Source of the DNA: Ginglymostoma cirratum
Lineage: Eukaryota
Reading direction: 5' to 3'
Length of the DNA: 64,000 nucleotides
Assembly: GCA_024137785.1 (NCBI GenBank)
Contig: JAHRHZ010000223.1
Location: 27,621,919 to 27,685,918, forward strand
The translations under genes and the position numbers were made by a program. Each line of letters starts with the position of its first letter. The stretch's first letter is position 1. Positions 26,668 to 41,142 of this stretch are shown here, one piece after another. The notes below the pieces were generated by a model that saw only the letters and a list, made by a program, of their open reading frames with translations, had not been told where the DNA came from and did no database searches.

Positions 26668-28750
26668 TCGTGGATCTTACAGTCATGGAGATCCACAGTA
26701 CAGAAAAAGGCCCTTCAACCCATCATGTCCATGCTCATCAAAAACAGCCATCTAACAATTCTAATCCCACCTTCCAGCACTTGCTCCATAGCCATGTATG
26801 CCTTAGCATCGCACATGCCCATCGAAATACTTCTTCAAAATGTGATGAGGGCTTCTGCCTCTTTCACCCTTACAGGCAGTGAGTTCCAGATTCCCACCAC
26901 CCTCTGGGTAAAAACATTTTTCCTCACATCTTTGCCAAGTCTTCTGACCCTTACCCTAAATCTATGCCTCCTAATCATTGATCCCTCCATCAAGGGAAAC
27001 GATTTCTTCCTGTTTACCCTATTATGCCCCTCATACTTTTATGAAGCACAATCATGTCCCTTCTCAATCTTCTGCACTCTAATGAAAACAACCCCGATCT
27101 GTCTAATCTCTCTTCCCAACTGAATTTTTTCTGCCCAGGCAACATCCTGGCAAATCTCTTCTGCACCCACTCCAATGCTATTACATCCCTCCTTTAATGT
27201 GGATTCCAGAACTGTGCATAATACTCTTGCTGTGGCCAAACCAACATTTTATACAGTCCCAGCGTAAACTCCCTGCTCTTAAACTCTATGCCTTGGCTAA
27301 TAAGGGCAAGTATCCCACATGCCTTCTTAACTACTTTATCCACCCATCCTGATACATTAAGGGACAGGTGGACATATATATTAAGGTTCCTCTGAAACTC
27401 AGTGCTTTCCACAGTCCTACCATTCATCACGTATTCCTTTACCTGTTTGCCCTGTCAAACAAAGAACAAAGAACAAAGAAAAAAGAAAATTACAGCACAG
27501 GAACAGGCCCTTCGGCCCTCCAAGCCTGCGCCGATCCAGATCCTCTATCTAAGCCTGTCACCTATTTTCCAAGGATCTGTATCCCTCTGCTCCCTGCCCA
27601 TTCATGTATCTGTCTAGATACATCTTAAATGACACTATCGTGCCCACCTCTACCACCCCCACTGGCAACACGTTCCAGGCACCCGCCACCCTCTGTGTAA
27701 AGAACTTTCCACGCATATCTCCCTTAAGCTTTTCCCCTCTCACCTGGAAATCGTGACCCCTAGTAATTGAGTCCCCGACTCTGGGAAAAAGCTTCTTGCT
27801 TTCCACCCTGTCTATACCTCTCATGATTTTGTAGACCTCAATCAGAACCCCCTCAACCTCAGTCTTTCTAATGTAAATAATCCTAATCTACTCAACCTCT
27901 CTTCATAGCCAGCGCCCTCCATACCAGGCAACATCCTGGTGAACCTCCTCTGCACCCTCTCCAAAGCATCCACATCCTTTTGGTAATGTGGCGACCAGAA
28001 CTGTACGCAGTATTCCAAATGTGGCCGAATCAAAGTCCTACACAACTGTAACATGACCTGCCAACTCTTGTACTCAATACCCTGTCCGATGAATGAAAGC
28101 ATGCCCTATGCCTTCTTGATCACTATCTACCTGCGTTGCTACCTTCAGGGTACAATGGTTTGAACACCCAGATCTCTCTGTGCATCAATTTTCCCCAGGG
28201 CTTTTCCATTTACAGTATAGTTCGCTCTTGAATTGGATCTTCCAAAATGCATCACCTCGCATTTGCCTGGATTGAACTCCATCTGCCATTTCTCCGCCCA
28301 ACTCTCCAATCTATCTATCTTCTGCTGCGTTCTCCGTCAGTCCCCTTCACTATCTGGTACTCCACCAATCTTAGTGTCATCTGCAAACTTGCTAATCAGA
28401 CCACCTGTACCTTCCTCCAGATCATTTATGTATATCACAAACAACAGCGGTCCCAACACGGATCCCTGTGGAACACCACTGGTCACAGTTCTCCATTTTG
28501 AGAAACTCCCTTTCACTACAACTCTGTCTCCTGTTGCCCAGCCAGTTCTCTATCCATTTAGCTAGCACACCCTGGACCCCAGGCGACTTCAATTTCTCCA
28601 TCAGACATTCTCCATCTCACATTTATGCACTGAATTTCATTTGACATTGATCAGCCCATCTGGCCAGCTCCTGTAAATCAAAGGTCACCTTCCTCACTAT
28701 TAACTACACTACCCATTTTTGTTGCACCCACAAACTGACTGATCAACCTC
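26668..28750 (-). mobile_element. Older CR1 LINE split by a younger CR1 insertion
   Basis: CR1 motifs at 26668-27455 (VDKVVKKACGIL...QFWNPH) resume at about 28605-28750. Confidence 0.75.
27457..28603 (-). mobile_element. Relatively young CR1/HER1 LINE 3' fragment (about 1.15 kb)
   Basis: Well-preserved RT motifs ([14 protein letters not shown]...[12 protein letters not shown]; RPHLEYCVQFWSPHYQKDVDALERVQRRFTRM) and a (GTTCTTT)n tail at 27457-27480. Confidence 0.92.
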
Positions 28751-30454
28751 CTACACTCAAGACTTGATCAACACACATTTCAGGTACATTGGGTCCTATT
28801 GATGGCCACTCTTCCATTGCCTTTCAAAGCTGACATTATGCCCCTCCATTCTCAAAATATTCACCCATGTCCCTCCTAAATAAGAGTGAGAAAGACTGTG
28901 TGACACACTTATGTCGAAACTAATGTTTTAATGAACTGCTATCTAGTAATGGGGAACTCCGCTACTCTCTATACAATGAGTTCCTGACATTGACCTTGCT
29001 TTAGCAAATGCAAACTTGGCCATCTGTTTCTCACTTTCCATGCACCTTTAGTTAGCCAACTAAAGAGGAGCCCGGACATATGCCCATTTTCGCAGCTGGC
29101 GAAGGCTAAGAAAGGACTGATTAGTAGTTACTGCAGTCTGTTCATATTTCACTATGGTGAAAGAAAAAACTTGGAGAAATTGTACTGGTGCAAATAAAGG
29201 AAACTGTGCCAATGACTGGAGGTAGAAGTACAAACTTTAAAAACTCATCTAAGCCGCACTACTATACGCCAACCAAGAAAGAGTAAGGACTTGCCATACA
29301 TATAACTCAGGTTGAACCATCCTCGTCGTGTTGCCAGAAAAATGGTTCAGTTGGTAAGTTATTTAATGATTTTGTAATTATTATATTTTTCTTTACACAG
29401 CCCTTTAGGTAAAGGAAATCATAAAATCTTCCAACATTTGCACTTTAATGCTTAGCTCCTCTTAACTATTCTAGTTTAATCACTTCTGCTAAAGCAAAAT
29501 ATAAGCACAGTCTGCCAGGACTCAAAGCACGAGTTATCCAGCCAAGTATGTAGACAAGAGTTCCATGACAAGCATCCTGATAACAGATAGAAAATAGCAG
29601 CATATTCGAACTTTCCCACAATCCAGAAATCTGGAGACGAGGCAACTAGCCTATCAGCCCACTAACCCACTCCTGAAAGTTTCCAGCCGCTCACCAGCTC
29701 CCTTCCTGAACTTGACCATGAAAGAGCAAGGGGAGCGATTGTGATGGAATGAACTTGCCACAAAACAGGTCCCCCCGCAATTCACTGAACTTGATATAAA
29801 ACAGATAATCTCTTTGTCCTTCAGACTGTTATCTAGTCTATGACCCTGAATTCATCTTCAAAACTGAAGGAAAAATAACAAACTGCAGATGTTTTTTATT
29901 AGTTGAAAAGCTCCTGAAACCACAATGTTTAATGGCACAAAATCAGACCCATTATCAAGGGAGGTTGGGCTGTCACACATATTTCTATAGCCAAATCACT
30001 TCAACAAAGAACAACTTTTTTTGCAAAACAACGGCAACATTCACTACTTGGAAAGGAAGTCGCATCCTATGACATCAAGACTAAGTGTGCAAAATGCAAA
30101 TAAGCATCCAAAGTTTAGCCAAAGCTCAACATAGCATCACAGGCTTTCAGGTTTAACCGGTTTACCATCAAATGCTTGTAAATCACTAACTGAAGTTATA
30201 AAGTAACTTGTGGTTTTATTGCATGCTTTTTGAAGGTTGTGTGAAATTAGGCTGAAACAAAAAGAATAATAATTTAAAGCACCGTTATATTCATAAACTT
30301 CAGCCAAAGAATCAAACTATTTGCATATCACAATAAATTAGAAAAAAATCAATACTACATAAGCACTGTTTTAGGTAAAACACCATATACATGGAAAGCA
30401 AATTGTAGCTCCAAAAGACCGAAGCAGTTTTGAAAATGCTTGCTCTCTGATCTA

Positions 30455-31040
30455 GTCATAGAGTCATACAGCATGGAAACATTCCCTTCGGTCCAACTGG
30501 TCCACGCCGACCATGTTCCCAAATTAAGCTGAACCCACTTGCCTGCGTTTGGCCAATATTCCTCCAAACCTTTCCTATTCATGTACTTATCCACATGTCT
30601 TTTAAACATTGTAACTGTATCCATATCCACCACTTCCTCTGGCAGTTCAATCCACACACAAACCATTCTCAGAGTTAAAAAAGTTGCTCCTCATTCCTTT
30701 TTAAAATCTTTCTCCTCTCACCTTAAAAATATGTTCCTAGTTTTGAACTCCACCACCCTAGGGAAAAGATCTTTGTCACCTTATCTAGGTCCCTCCTGAT
30801 TTTAAAAGCCTCAGTAAAGATCACCCCTCAACCTCCTGCACTCCAGAGAGAAAAGGTCTCAGCCTATTGTTATAACTCAAACCCTCCAATTCCGGCAACA
30901 CCCTGGAAAATCTTTTCTGAATTCTCTCCAATTTAATAATATCCATCCTATAGCACAGTGACCAGAACTGTGCACGGCACTCCAGAAAAAGGCCTTACAA
31001 CCATCCTGTGCAACCTCAACATGACGTCCCAGCTCCAATA
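30455..31040 (-). mobile_element. CR1/HER1 LINE 3' fragment
   Basis: W.ELPEEVVD..T...FKRH.DKYMNRKGLE.Y.PNAGKW and a (ctatgact) tail. Confidence 0.85.
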
Positions 31041-31854
31041 TAGCAGATGAGTGAGAGGGATCGTTAAGCCATGACTAGAAGCTAATGGAAGAAGCCAAGA
31101 GTTGAGAACTGGCTGAACGGGGGGGGGTAAAATCCACCTTCAGCTTTTGATGAAGAAAGAATGTGGTTCTCAGCGCGACAATAAACATCTAACACGTGCA
31201 ATGAAATCATGCGCTAAGTTAGGATGTTGTCTATGACTTGATGTCAGTAACAATCAGACAATTTTAACAACTGAATTAAGTAATGGAGTGGTAATGACAT
31301 AAATCTGGCTAACTGAAACACAAATAAAATTACATCACTCTGGCAGATCACATTGTTAAGGTGTAACAAACAAGAATAAAAGAGGAAATCACGCTACATA
31401 TTGTAGGTGACTGTAATGCACAGGAGAAGCATACACCGATACAAAAATAAAAGGGCTGAGGAACAAAACGAACAAATGAGAGTGTGGAAGTAAACACTGC
31501 AGTCAGATGGAAGAGCACTTATGACTGAAAAGGGGAAGATAATAATGCAGCAGTCACACAAATTGTCACTGAGTGACCTCAATCCTTTGGATAGAATGTG
31601 TCAAACTGAAGAAAGCAAATCAAGAAGAGAGATAGATATAAGGTATTTCTCAACAACTGCAATTCTGGGAGATCAGTGGTGTTGTGGAAGATGGACATGA
31701 CAGAGGGCCATGGACACTGCACTTACAGCAGCTTTGAAAGTGGGCTAAAACAATCCACCACGAGTGTCAGCAAATAACAATATTAACTATCTTAAGTTAT
31801 TCGTCAGAAAGTACCGCAGGGAAGCATTTGGTAGTTCTTAAAGGACATTAAAAG

Positions 31855-32790
31855 GAATTTGCATTTAAGTTACACTTTTCATGTCTTAAGGATGTCTAAG
31901 ATTTTCCACAGTCAACAAAATCATTTTGAGATGTTGCTATTGTATAAATAGGAAAAGGTGAGAATTCTTTGGAGATAGCAGAATGCCACAAACAACAATG
32001 AAGTAAATGACCAGTTAATGTCTTTTGACAAGAGTTGATTGAACCAATGAATTATAGAATGGTCATAGGAGATTCTTGTGGTGCAGTGTTAGTGTCCCAA
32101 ACTCCGATCCAGGAAGCCTGGGTTCAAGTCCCATCTGCTCCAGAGGTGCACATTAACATCTCAGAGCAGATTGCTTAGAATGGTTACTGCATTTGGCCCA
32201 GAGAGTCTTACCGTGTCTCAGAAGAAGCAAGTCACAAAGAGCCATTTCCGTGCCTTAATCCCTACCCTTTTGACAGTCATTTTTAGGAATTAGCCCAATC
32301 ACCTCAAGTATCTTCAATGAACTTACCTCCACCATACACTCAGGCAGAATATTTCAAATCCTTATCATAGAGAAAATACATTTTCCTGCCATTGATTGCT
32401 TCTTTTGCAAATGACATCAAATCTGCATCCTCTGGGTCTTGATCTTTCCCCCAAAGTTTCTTCGGATCTACTCTGTTCAAGTCCCTCGTGATTGTGAATA
32501 CCTCTATCAAATTTCTCATCCTCCTCTTCTTATGGAAAACAGTCCTATTTTTCTAATTTGTATGAATAAAATACTTTATCCCCGGAATCAGACTCGTGTC
32601 ACGGAAAGTTTTTCGTGAACGTGAACATGCAGTTTAGGCTTCCAGTTTAAAATGTCACCTAAAACAAGACACTTCTGACAATGCAACTCTTCTGGCACTC
32701 CTTTGAAGTACAAGTCAATGCTGATGTGGTCAAATTCTCAATTAGGGCTCCAATGCAACAGTGTTAGACTTCAGTGAAGACTTTATACAT
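31855..32790 (-). mobile_element. DeuSINE-like element split by a CR1 fragment and a tRNA-SINE head
   Basis: Deu tail at 31855-32040, CR1 3' end at about 32050-32600 with a + strand tRNA-like head at 32066-32180, and the SINE 5' part at about 32620-32790. Confidence 0.5.
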
Positions 32791-34074
32791 CCTCTTGAAA
32801 CCCCTCTAATATTGTGAGCTAAAATTGGGGCAGTTGACCTGCAAATTTGTGGGAGGATGAGACAGGAAAATTACATTGTCAACTTTAGAAATAAATAATT
32901 CTATCAGCTCTTCTCAATAGCTGATGCGAAGCTCAATAGGGACAACAGGCACCCCTCAAAATCAGGCATTTTGTTGAGGAACAGTTTGACACCTAAAAAA
33001 GGTGATCCTGCCAAAATCCAATGCCATTGCCTTTAAAAAAAGAAGTGTTATATTTGTGCCCCAATTTTCAATTCAAATGATGCATTCAGCATTATATTAT
33101 TCCCATATATGGAATAAAACTCTTCCAACACGTCCTTTTTTTATTGTGATAATTCCAAGTTCAGGTCCCTTTATTACTGATTCACAGCCAAAGAAATTAT
33201 CTTCACATTTTACCATTTCAAAATCCTAACATTGCTGTTACAGTGATCAAAATAAATCACAACTGTTTCAAGTTTTTCTTTTCAATGTTTATCTCTCAAA
33301 CTGGTAACATACTAGCAACTTCACTGCAATGAATGACCTTTCCTGGGCTCCATAACTCTTCCCATGACGCAAAGTCCTGAGCAGTACAAAATACATCAAG
33401 TGTGGCCTAACCAGTGAGTGTATTATTCAACATCACCTTTGGGGTTCTGCATTTAATGCCACTATATACAAAATTCATAATCTCATTTCATTTTTACTAC
33501 CTGCACTGCCTCTTCTAAAATAAAATGTGTGTTTCTGTATCAGAGGATAAGTCTACTCTTCATTCCCTAACCATTTAGGATACAACATTTCTTAATGATC
33601 TTTGCCTTGAAATATACTCGTCTCTCTGTTTAAAATGCCCCAGCCATCCACCCCCACCCTAACAAACATGTACATACCCACGTGTACTCATTGCAACTTA
33701 CCAGGTTCTCTGATTTTGCATTTTATCAATTTCAGTCTTATTCATCTTCAGATGTTTTCTATAATTGGCAAGTTAAGCCTGCCTTTGGTATACAAGGCCT
33801 AAGTCAGGGGTTCGATGCAATACTCTTTCCATTTGTCAGCTTGAGTACAGTTCCAATAACACTCAAGTAGCACAATACCACACAAGACAAGACAAAGCAA
33901 CCTATTTGATTTGCACTCTAATCACCATATTAAACAGTCATTCCCTCCATTGCCAATTTACAGTGGTAGCAGTGTGTATTACCTACAAGATGCATTGCAG
34001 CAACTCACCAAGACTCCTTTGACAGCATCTTCCAAAGCCACTACATCGACCACCTAGAAGGACAAGGGCAGAAG

Positions 34075-36075
34075 CAAAGAAAATCGGAGCAGGAATAGTG
34101 CACTCAGCTTTTCAAGTCTGCTCCACCATTGATTATGATCATGGCTGCTAATCCAACTCTATAGCCCATTCCTGCTTTCCCCCAGCCTCGATATCTTTTG
34201 GCCCCTTTAGCCCCAAGTGCTATATCCAACTCCGTCTTGAAATCATACAAGGTTTTGGCCTTGACTGCTTTCTGTGGTAGCTTGTTCCACATGAACATCA
34301 CTCTTTGGATGATGAAATTTTGATCTGTACATCCTTTGCTTACTATGATCTGCCTACACCACTCGTAAACAAAGCTCTTCACGGTATTTCGGTACACATG
34401 ACAATAAATAAATCAAGCTCAGCTCTACATGGTTTACCCCATATCCTTAGACAGTGATCACTGGTTCTGGATTCCCGGCTAGCAGGTACATCCTTCCTGC
34501 ATCTATCCTGTCTAGTATTGTTAGAATTTTAGAGATTTTAATGAGATGCTCCCTCTTTCTTCTGAGCTCCAGTGTATATAACCCTAACCAATTCAAGCTC
34601 TCCCTATACATCAATGATTCCTGGGACAGTGGCAGTCTGGTAATCTTCGCTGAACTCCATCTATCACAAGAACCTCAGATAGGGAGGCCAAACCTGCACA
34701 TGATATCCCAGGTATAATCTCACTAAGGCCCTGTATAATTGCAGCAAGACATCCTTGCTCCTGTACACAACCTTCTTGTTATGAAGGCCAACATACAGGT
34801 TTGCTTTCTTTACCACCTGCTGCATCTGCGTGCTTACCCTCAGCGACTGGTGTACAAGGACACCCAAGACTCATTGGCTATAAAGTGGCATTCAGATAAC
34901 AATCTGCTTTCCTGTTTTTGCCTCCACCATTTACCCAAATTATACAGCATCTGCAAAGCTTTTGCTTACTTACTCAGCTTGTCCAAAACATACCAATCTT
35001 TACATCCTCATAACATATCACCTTCCCATGCAGCTTTGTGTTATCTGCAAATGTATTGACATTACATTTAATTCTCTCATCCAAATCATTAATACATATT
35101 GTGAATTACTGGAGTCCTACCACTCATCCCCGAGGTACCCTACAAGTCACTGTCTGCCATTTAAAAACAACCTATTTATTTCTAATCTTTTCTTCCTGTC
35201 TGCCAGTTTTCTATCCATCTCATACACTAGCCCCAATCTCACACACTTTAAACTTTACATATTCTCTTATGTGGGACTTTGTCAAAAGCCTTATGAAATT
35301 CCAATAAACCACATCCACTGGCTCTCTTTCATTAACTCTACTATTTATACCCTTGAAACATGCCAGTAGATTTGTCAAGCATGACTTCCCTTTCGTAAGT
35401 CCACACTGACTCCCTCCGAAACTGCCAATGTTTTCCAAACGCCCAGCTATTAATTCTTTCATAATGGACTATAGCATTATCCCCATTTAGTGACGTTAGA
35501 CTGATTGGTCATTCATTCCAGGTTTTGACTCGACGCCCCTTCTTAAATAGTGGGGTTACATTAACTATCCTCCAATTTGTAGGAGCTGTTCCAGAGTCTA
35601 TAGAATCTTGAAAGATGACCACCTACGCATTTCTAGGGCCACTTTCTTAAGTACTCTGGGCTGTAGATTATCAGGCCCTGGTGATTTATCGCCTCAATCC
35701 TACAGATTTCCCTAACACAACCTCCCTCTCACTAAACTCTGTGTTTCTCAGCACTTCTGGTATGTTATTTGTAAACAAAGAACCAAATAATGTATTTAGT
35801 TGGTTAACCATTTCTTTGTTTCCCATTATAAATTCCCATTTATGACCATCAGGGACCCAAAAGTACCTTTGCCAATCTTTTTCTCTTCATATACCCATAG
35901 ACAGTTTACCCATTTTTTATGAACTGGGCAAGCTTACTGTCATACTCTATTTTCACTCTCTTAAATTAATCCCTTTGTCCTCCTTTGCTAAATTCTAAAC
36001 TGTCTCCATTCCTCAGGTCTGTTGTGTTTTTCTGGACAACTTATATTCCTCTTCCTTGGATCTAATACTATCTCT
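34075..36075 (-). mobile_element. About 2-kb CR1 LINE RT fragment containing a short Rex1 tail (34322-34415, +)
   Basis: QCGLTKGKSCLTNLL..F..I..RV.E.EPVDVVY; DVLLQLYRALVR. It interrupts another LINE 3' end (33880-34072, resuming at about 36090). Confidence 0.85.
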
Positions 36076-36209
36076 AATCAAAGGGAAGTTAGAGATAGCA
36101 GATGGTTGGGAACAGCACCACCTGCAAGCTCCCCTTCAAGCCACACACAGTGTTGGCATAACATTGCCATTCTGTCACTGTTGCTGTGTCATAAACCTGA
36201 AATTTCATA

Positions 36210-37470
36210 TAAACATGCAAATTAGGAGAAGCAGGCTACTTAGCCCCTTGAGTGTGCTCTGCTATTCCATAACAGCATGCTTGATTCAGTTACTCCACAA
36301 TACTATGTACCTTAAATAAACGTTTCCCCCCCTTGCTTATCAAGAATCTATATTTAACACCATGTTTTGCAGAAGCATTCCAAAGACTCCCAATTCTCCA
36401 CGAGGGAAAAAAAGTCCTTGTCTGTGATCTTTGAAACAGGGACCGCTAATTTCAGATTATCCCACCAGACAAAACATCAATTCCACAAGCATCCTTCAAG
36501 ATCACTTCAAAAGTCTCATAAGACAACCAATTCATTCCAAGTATTAGTCCGGCAAGTGCTCTTGAACTAATTCATAGACATTTACATCCTTTCTTACATA
36601 AAGGAGACCAACATCGTGCAGAGTATTCCAGATGCGGTCTCACAAACGCCCTATATAACTGAAGCATCACCTCTCAACTCTTGGATTTAACTCCCCTCAT
36701 ATTAAAGGATGACATTCCATTAGCTTCCCTAAATAATTGCTGTACCTCCATACTAATGTTTTACTGATTCATACATTAGGAAACCCATACTCCTCTGCAT
36801 CTCAGGACCCTTCAATCCCTCACCATTTGTATAGCCTACTTCTTTCTTATTCTGACTGCCAAAATGGACAATTTCACATTTTCCCACATTATACACAATT
36901 TGCCAATTCACCTATCTATATCCTTTTGTACTGTCCTTATATCCTCTTCACAACTTACTTTCCTACCTATCTGAGTCATCAGCAAATTTAACAATTATAT
37001 ATTCTGCCTTTTAATCCAAGTCATTGTTAAAAGTTGAGGACTCAGCACTGACCGCTGTGGCACATTACTAGTTACATCTTGTCAACCAATAGTAACCTCT
37101 TTAGGCCTGTTCTCTGCTTCCTGTCAGCCAATCATCTATCCACGTCAAAATGTTATCCCATACAACATGAGCTTTTATTTACCACAATAACCTTGAAGCG
37201 TAATCTTAGTAAATATCATCTGTAAATCTAAATGCAATAGACCAATCAGCTCCCATCCATCTACAGCATGTCGCTTCCTTAAACAACTCCAAAGATTGAT
37301 TAAACACGATTTCCCGATCACAATGCATGTTGGTTCCGACCGATTACCTTGAGTCTTATGTCCTTCTACAACGTTTTTAATAATAGCTTCTAAGATGCTA
37401 CTTAAACCTATGTTAAGTTAACTGCCCTGTAGTTTCTTGCTTTCTGTCTCTTTCCCTTTCTGAATAAAGG
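36210..37470 (-). mobile_element. Old CR1 LINE fragment
   Basis: Degenerate CR1 RT and 3' tail homologous to 53590-55250. Confidence 0.7.
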
Positions 37471-37879
37471 GAGAAAGACAGATAACTGTCCTTCCCAAAT
37501 GCACTGTGCCTGCGTCTACAATCAGGCAGACTGCAGCGGTTTCACATGATCGCTGATCAACATCTTGCCATGGGCAATTTTTGACGAGAGATACTCACAT
37601 CCCATGAAATGTTTTAACTATGACCACATTCCTTTCAACTCTACTAACAGCTTTGAAATTTTCACTTCAATGTATCCGACAGAAGCTTTTCTTTACTGAG
37701 AAAGATCAAACTGGCCAACAGTTTAATGTGTCATCCTCTTCATTTTTCATGAAAAAGATGTCAATATAGCCATTCTTGGCACAATTATTTCACAAAATTA
37801 TGTTTAGTACTTCTCCTCTCCATAACCTCCACGAAAACTCAGCAATGTATTTCAATGCTTTAAGTTAAATTCCACTACA

Positions 37880-38170
37880 AACATTGAAAATAGGAATGGT
37901 AGCAGGCCATTTGGTGTTTCACATCTGCTCCGCCATTCAATATGATCATGGCTGTACCCTGGACCTGCTTTCTTCCCATACATTTTGCACCCATTAGCTC
38001 TAAAAATTATATCTAACTCCTTGAAAATATTCAATGTTTTGGTCTCAACCACTTGCTGTGGCACAGAATTCCACAGGTTCATCACTTTCTGGGTGAAGGC
38101 TTTTCCCTCATCTCAGTCCTAAATGGCCCAACCATATCCTAAATCTGTGACACCACCCACCCAGTTCTCC
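37880..38170 (-). mobile_element. CR1 LINE 3' end
   Basis: MNLWNSVPQQVVETKTLNIFKELDI motif. Confidence 0.75.
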
Positions 38171-39184
38171 CGAACATAACTTTTCTTTCAAATAAATAGT
38201 TTTCTTTGAACAACTTTTCTCCACTCGTGTTCTCATCACCATCCTTTGAGTCTCTACAGATCAGAATTTCACTTTCCTCTCCAATATCAGTAAAAATAAT
38301 TAATAAACATCACCAATACTTTGTTATTCTCAAGTAAAATATTACCACTTTCACCTTTAGATGACCTCATCTGTTTTTTGACTATGCTTTTATTTCTTAG
38401 AGATACTTGCTCTGAAATATGCAGACTGCACTGCTTCATTAATTTTCTTAATCTTAACATTACCAATGTCACTTTCTCAATCCTTGTTTAAATTTTATTT
38501 TCCTATTTTTCTTGAGTTTTTGCTTCAAACAATTTATTCTTGAAAGCTCAACCCTAGATGAGTTTTCTTCAGTCAGACTATATTACCTTGCTCTGCTTTC
38601 AACTGGTATTAAAACATTTTCCACTGTTAGTTCATTATTTGAACTCTTTTTTGAGCCGATAGATTTGATTAGTTTTTTTTAAAAATGATACCACCAAATT
38701 AACTAATTTTCATCCCTGTACCTTCAACTTCCAGTACTCTGTCTGTTTTGACCGGAACCTAATTTGGCCACTACTACCATGTCTTAAGTGTTGAACCTTC
38801 ACCTTCAAGTCATTCACTTGTTCTGCTTTATCAGCTAGAATCATAATGGAAAACATTCCACATCAGACATACAAAATGCTGATCAACAAACAGTCCCAGC
38901 TGTGCCCCTAAAAACTTTTTTCATTTGTTGTCTACTGAGAACAATTGGTGTTGTGCATTATCTTTAGGTAGTTACTACTTCAAACCTCTCCAAGTTATCT
39001 ACATTCTGTATTTCATCTTCCTTAATTTTCCACTATTTAGCAGCAGGTCAGGCAGCATTTGCAAGTGAGAAAGGTAGATTTAACATTCCAGATTTATGAC
39101 TTTTTTCCAGAATGCCAAGACTTTACAGTTGAACAGCTTTAAAGGAAGAAGTTGGTCAAGGAAAAGAAGAGAGGAGAGTCAAAG

Positions 39185-40385
39185 AGTGATAGAGTCATAG
39201 AGATGTACAGCACTGAAACAGACTCTTCAGTCCAACGCATCCAGGTCAACCAGATATCCTAAATTAACCAAGTCCAGTCTGCCAGTATTTGGCCCATAAC
39301 CCTCTAAACTCTTCCTATTCATATACCTATCCAGATGCCTTTGTTTCATAGAATCCCCACCGTGTGGAAAAAGGCTACTTGGTCTAACAAGTCCACACCG
39401 AACCTCCAAAGGGCATCCCACCCAGAAACATGCCCTCCCCACCATCCCTGTAACCCTCCATTTCCCATGGCTAATGCACCTAACTTACACATCGCTGAAC
39501 ACTATGGACAATTCAGCATGGCCAATCCACCTAACTTGCACATCTTCGGACTCTGGGAGGAAACTGGAGCGCCTGGCAGAAACCCACGCAGACACAGTGA
39601 AAACTCCACACAATCGCTGGAGGTTGGAATCGAACCTGGGACCCTGGGGCTGTGACGCAACAGTACTAACCACTGAGCCACTGTGCCACCTTAAATGTTG
39701 AAGTTGTATCAGCCTCCACCACTTCCTCCGGCAGCTCATTCCATACATGCACCACTCTGTGTGAAAAAGTTGTCCCTTTTAAATTGCTCCCCTCTCACTG
39801 TAAACCTATGCCCTTCAGTTTTGGACTCCCCCACCCCAGGGAAAATACCTATCAATTTACCCTATCCTTGTCACTCATGTTCCTCTAAACCTCTATAAAG
39901 GTCACCTCTCAGCCTTCAACTCTCAAGAGAAAATAGCCCTAGCCTACTCAGCCTCTCCCTGTAGTTCAAATCCTCAACCCTGACAACATCTACGTAAATC
40001 TTTTTTAAACCCTTTCAAATTTCACAACATCCTTCATGTAGCAAGGAGGCCAGAACTGCACCCTGTATTCCAAAAGTGGCCGAACCAATGTCCTGTACCG
40101 TTGCAACAAGACCTCCCAACTCCTATAGTCAATGCACTGACCAATAAAGGCAAGCATGCCAAACACCTCCTTCACTATCCTATCTACCTGCAACTCTACA
40201 TTTAAGGAACTGTGAACCTGCACACCTTTGTTCAACACCACCACCCAGGATCTAACCATTAAGTGTACAAGTCCTGCCCTGATTTGCCTTTCCAAAATGC
40301 AGCACCTCACATTTATCTAAATTAAATTCCATCCGCCACTCCTCGCCCCAATGGCCCATCTGATCAAGACCATGTTGGACCCTGA
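39185..40385 (-). mobile_element. CR1/HER1 LINE 3' fragment interrupted by an HE1 SINE
   Basis: VDRIVKEVFGMLAFIGQCIDYRSWEVLLQRYRTLVRPLLEYRVQFW. Confidence 0.88.
39342..39690 (-). mobile_element. HE1-type V-SINE
   Basis: Minus strand ggtggcacagtggctcagtggttagtactg...ggttcgattcc (A/B boxes) and a V-domain; inserted within the host sequence agatgcctt|ttaaatgttg. Confidence 0.88.
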
Positions 40386-41090
40386 GAAAAGAAAGGTCTT
40401 TTGAGATCAAGGCCAGAAATTGATCAAATCACAGAAATGGTCATGGTGCAACAAAAGGAAGCAAGATTAATATCAATAAATGATGGATCTAAGGTCCAGA
40501 GAATTTGTAAATGGTTGCAACAAAGCAGCAAAGGAGGAGGCATGGTAAGTCTGGTGATGTAGAGAAGGTTACAATGATCCAGACACGTGATGGAAGAAAG
40601 AGGCAAGAAACATGGGGGATGGGGGCACAGCTGATAGCTTTTTGTTTCTAACAATTCACAGTTTTTCCTTTCCCAAGCCCAAGTCCAAAAATTCCCTCTA
40701 CTCTACATTTTCAAAATTGACTCCAGACAGTTCTGTCTTATACATTAGTTACACTGTCTCTCAAGTCTTCAAACCTGATCAAGTCAATTTATAAAAGGGC
40801 AATGGACCCAGCAGTGGCACTGAATTCCTATCACTGCTGCTGTCAGTTTCACTCCTTCAATACTGACAACTCTTCATTCTGAAGGTCAGCTCCAGTGTGA
40901 AGTTCCACTAACAATTTAAAACTGGAGAAGGTCCAGCAGGATAGATAAAGGGAAAAGCACATTCGGATTTACTGTGAAGCTCAGAACTAAGGCCGAGAGA
41001 CAGTTGTTATTTAATTTCTATAATGCTAGAGATCAAGTTTAGTTATTGGATTTTCAGGTTTCCGTTTATATGGCTATAAATGATGAATTG

Positions 41091-41093
<3 letters not shown>

Positions 41094-41139
<46 letters not shown>
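41094..41139. repeat. (AC)n microsatellite, about 23 units
   Basis: Uninterrupted AC repeat. Confidence 0.98.

Positions 41140-41142
<3 letters not shown>

Noticed and set aside
27457-28603. Active or autonomous CR1 element
   Set aside because: It is 5'-truncated with frameshifts. No full-length ORF2 exists anywhere in the window.
39640-39690. tRNA-like A/B boxes (also about 18520-18572 and 32066-32135)
   Set aside because: They are SINE heads contiguous with SINE bodies, not tRNA genes.
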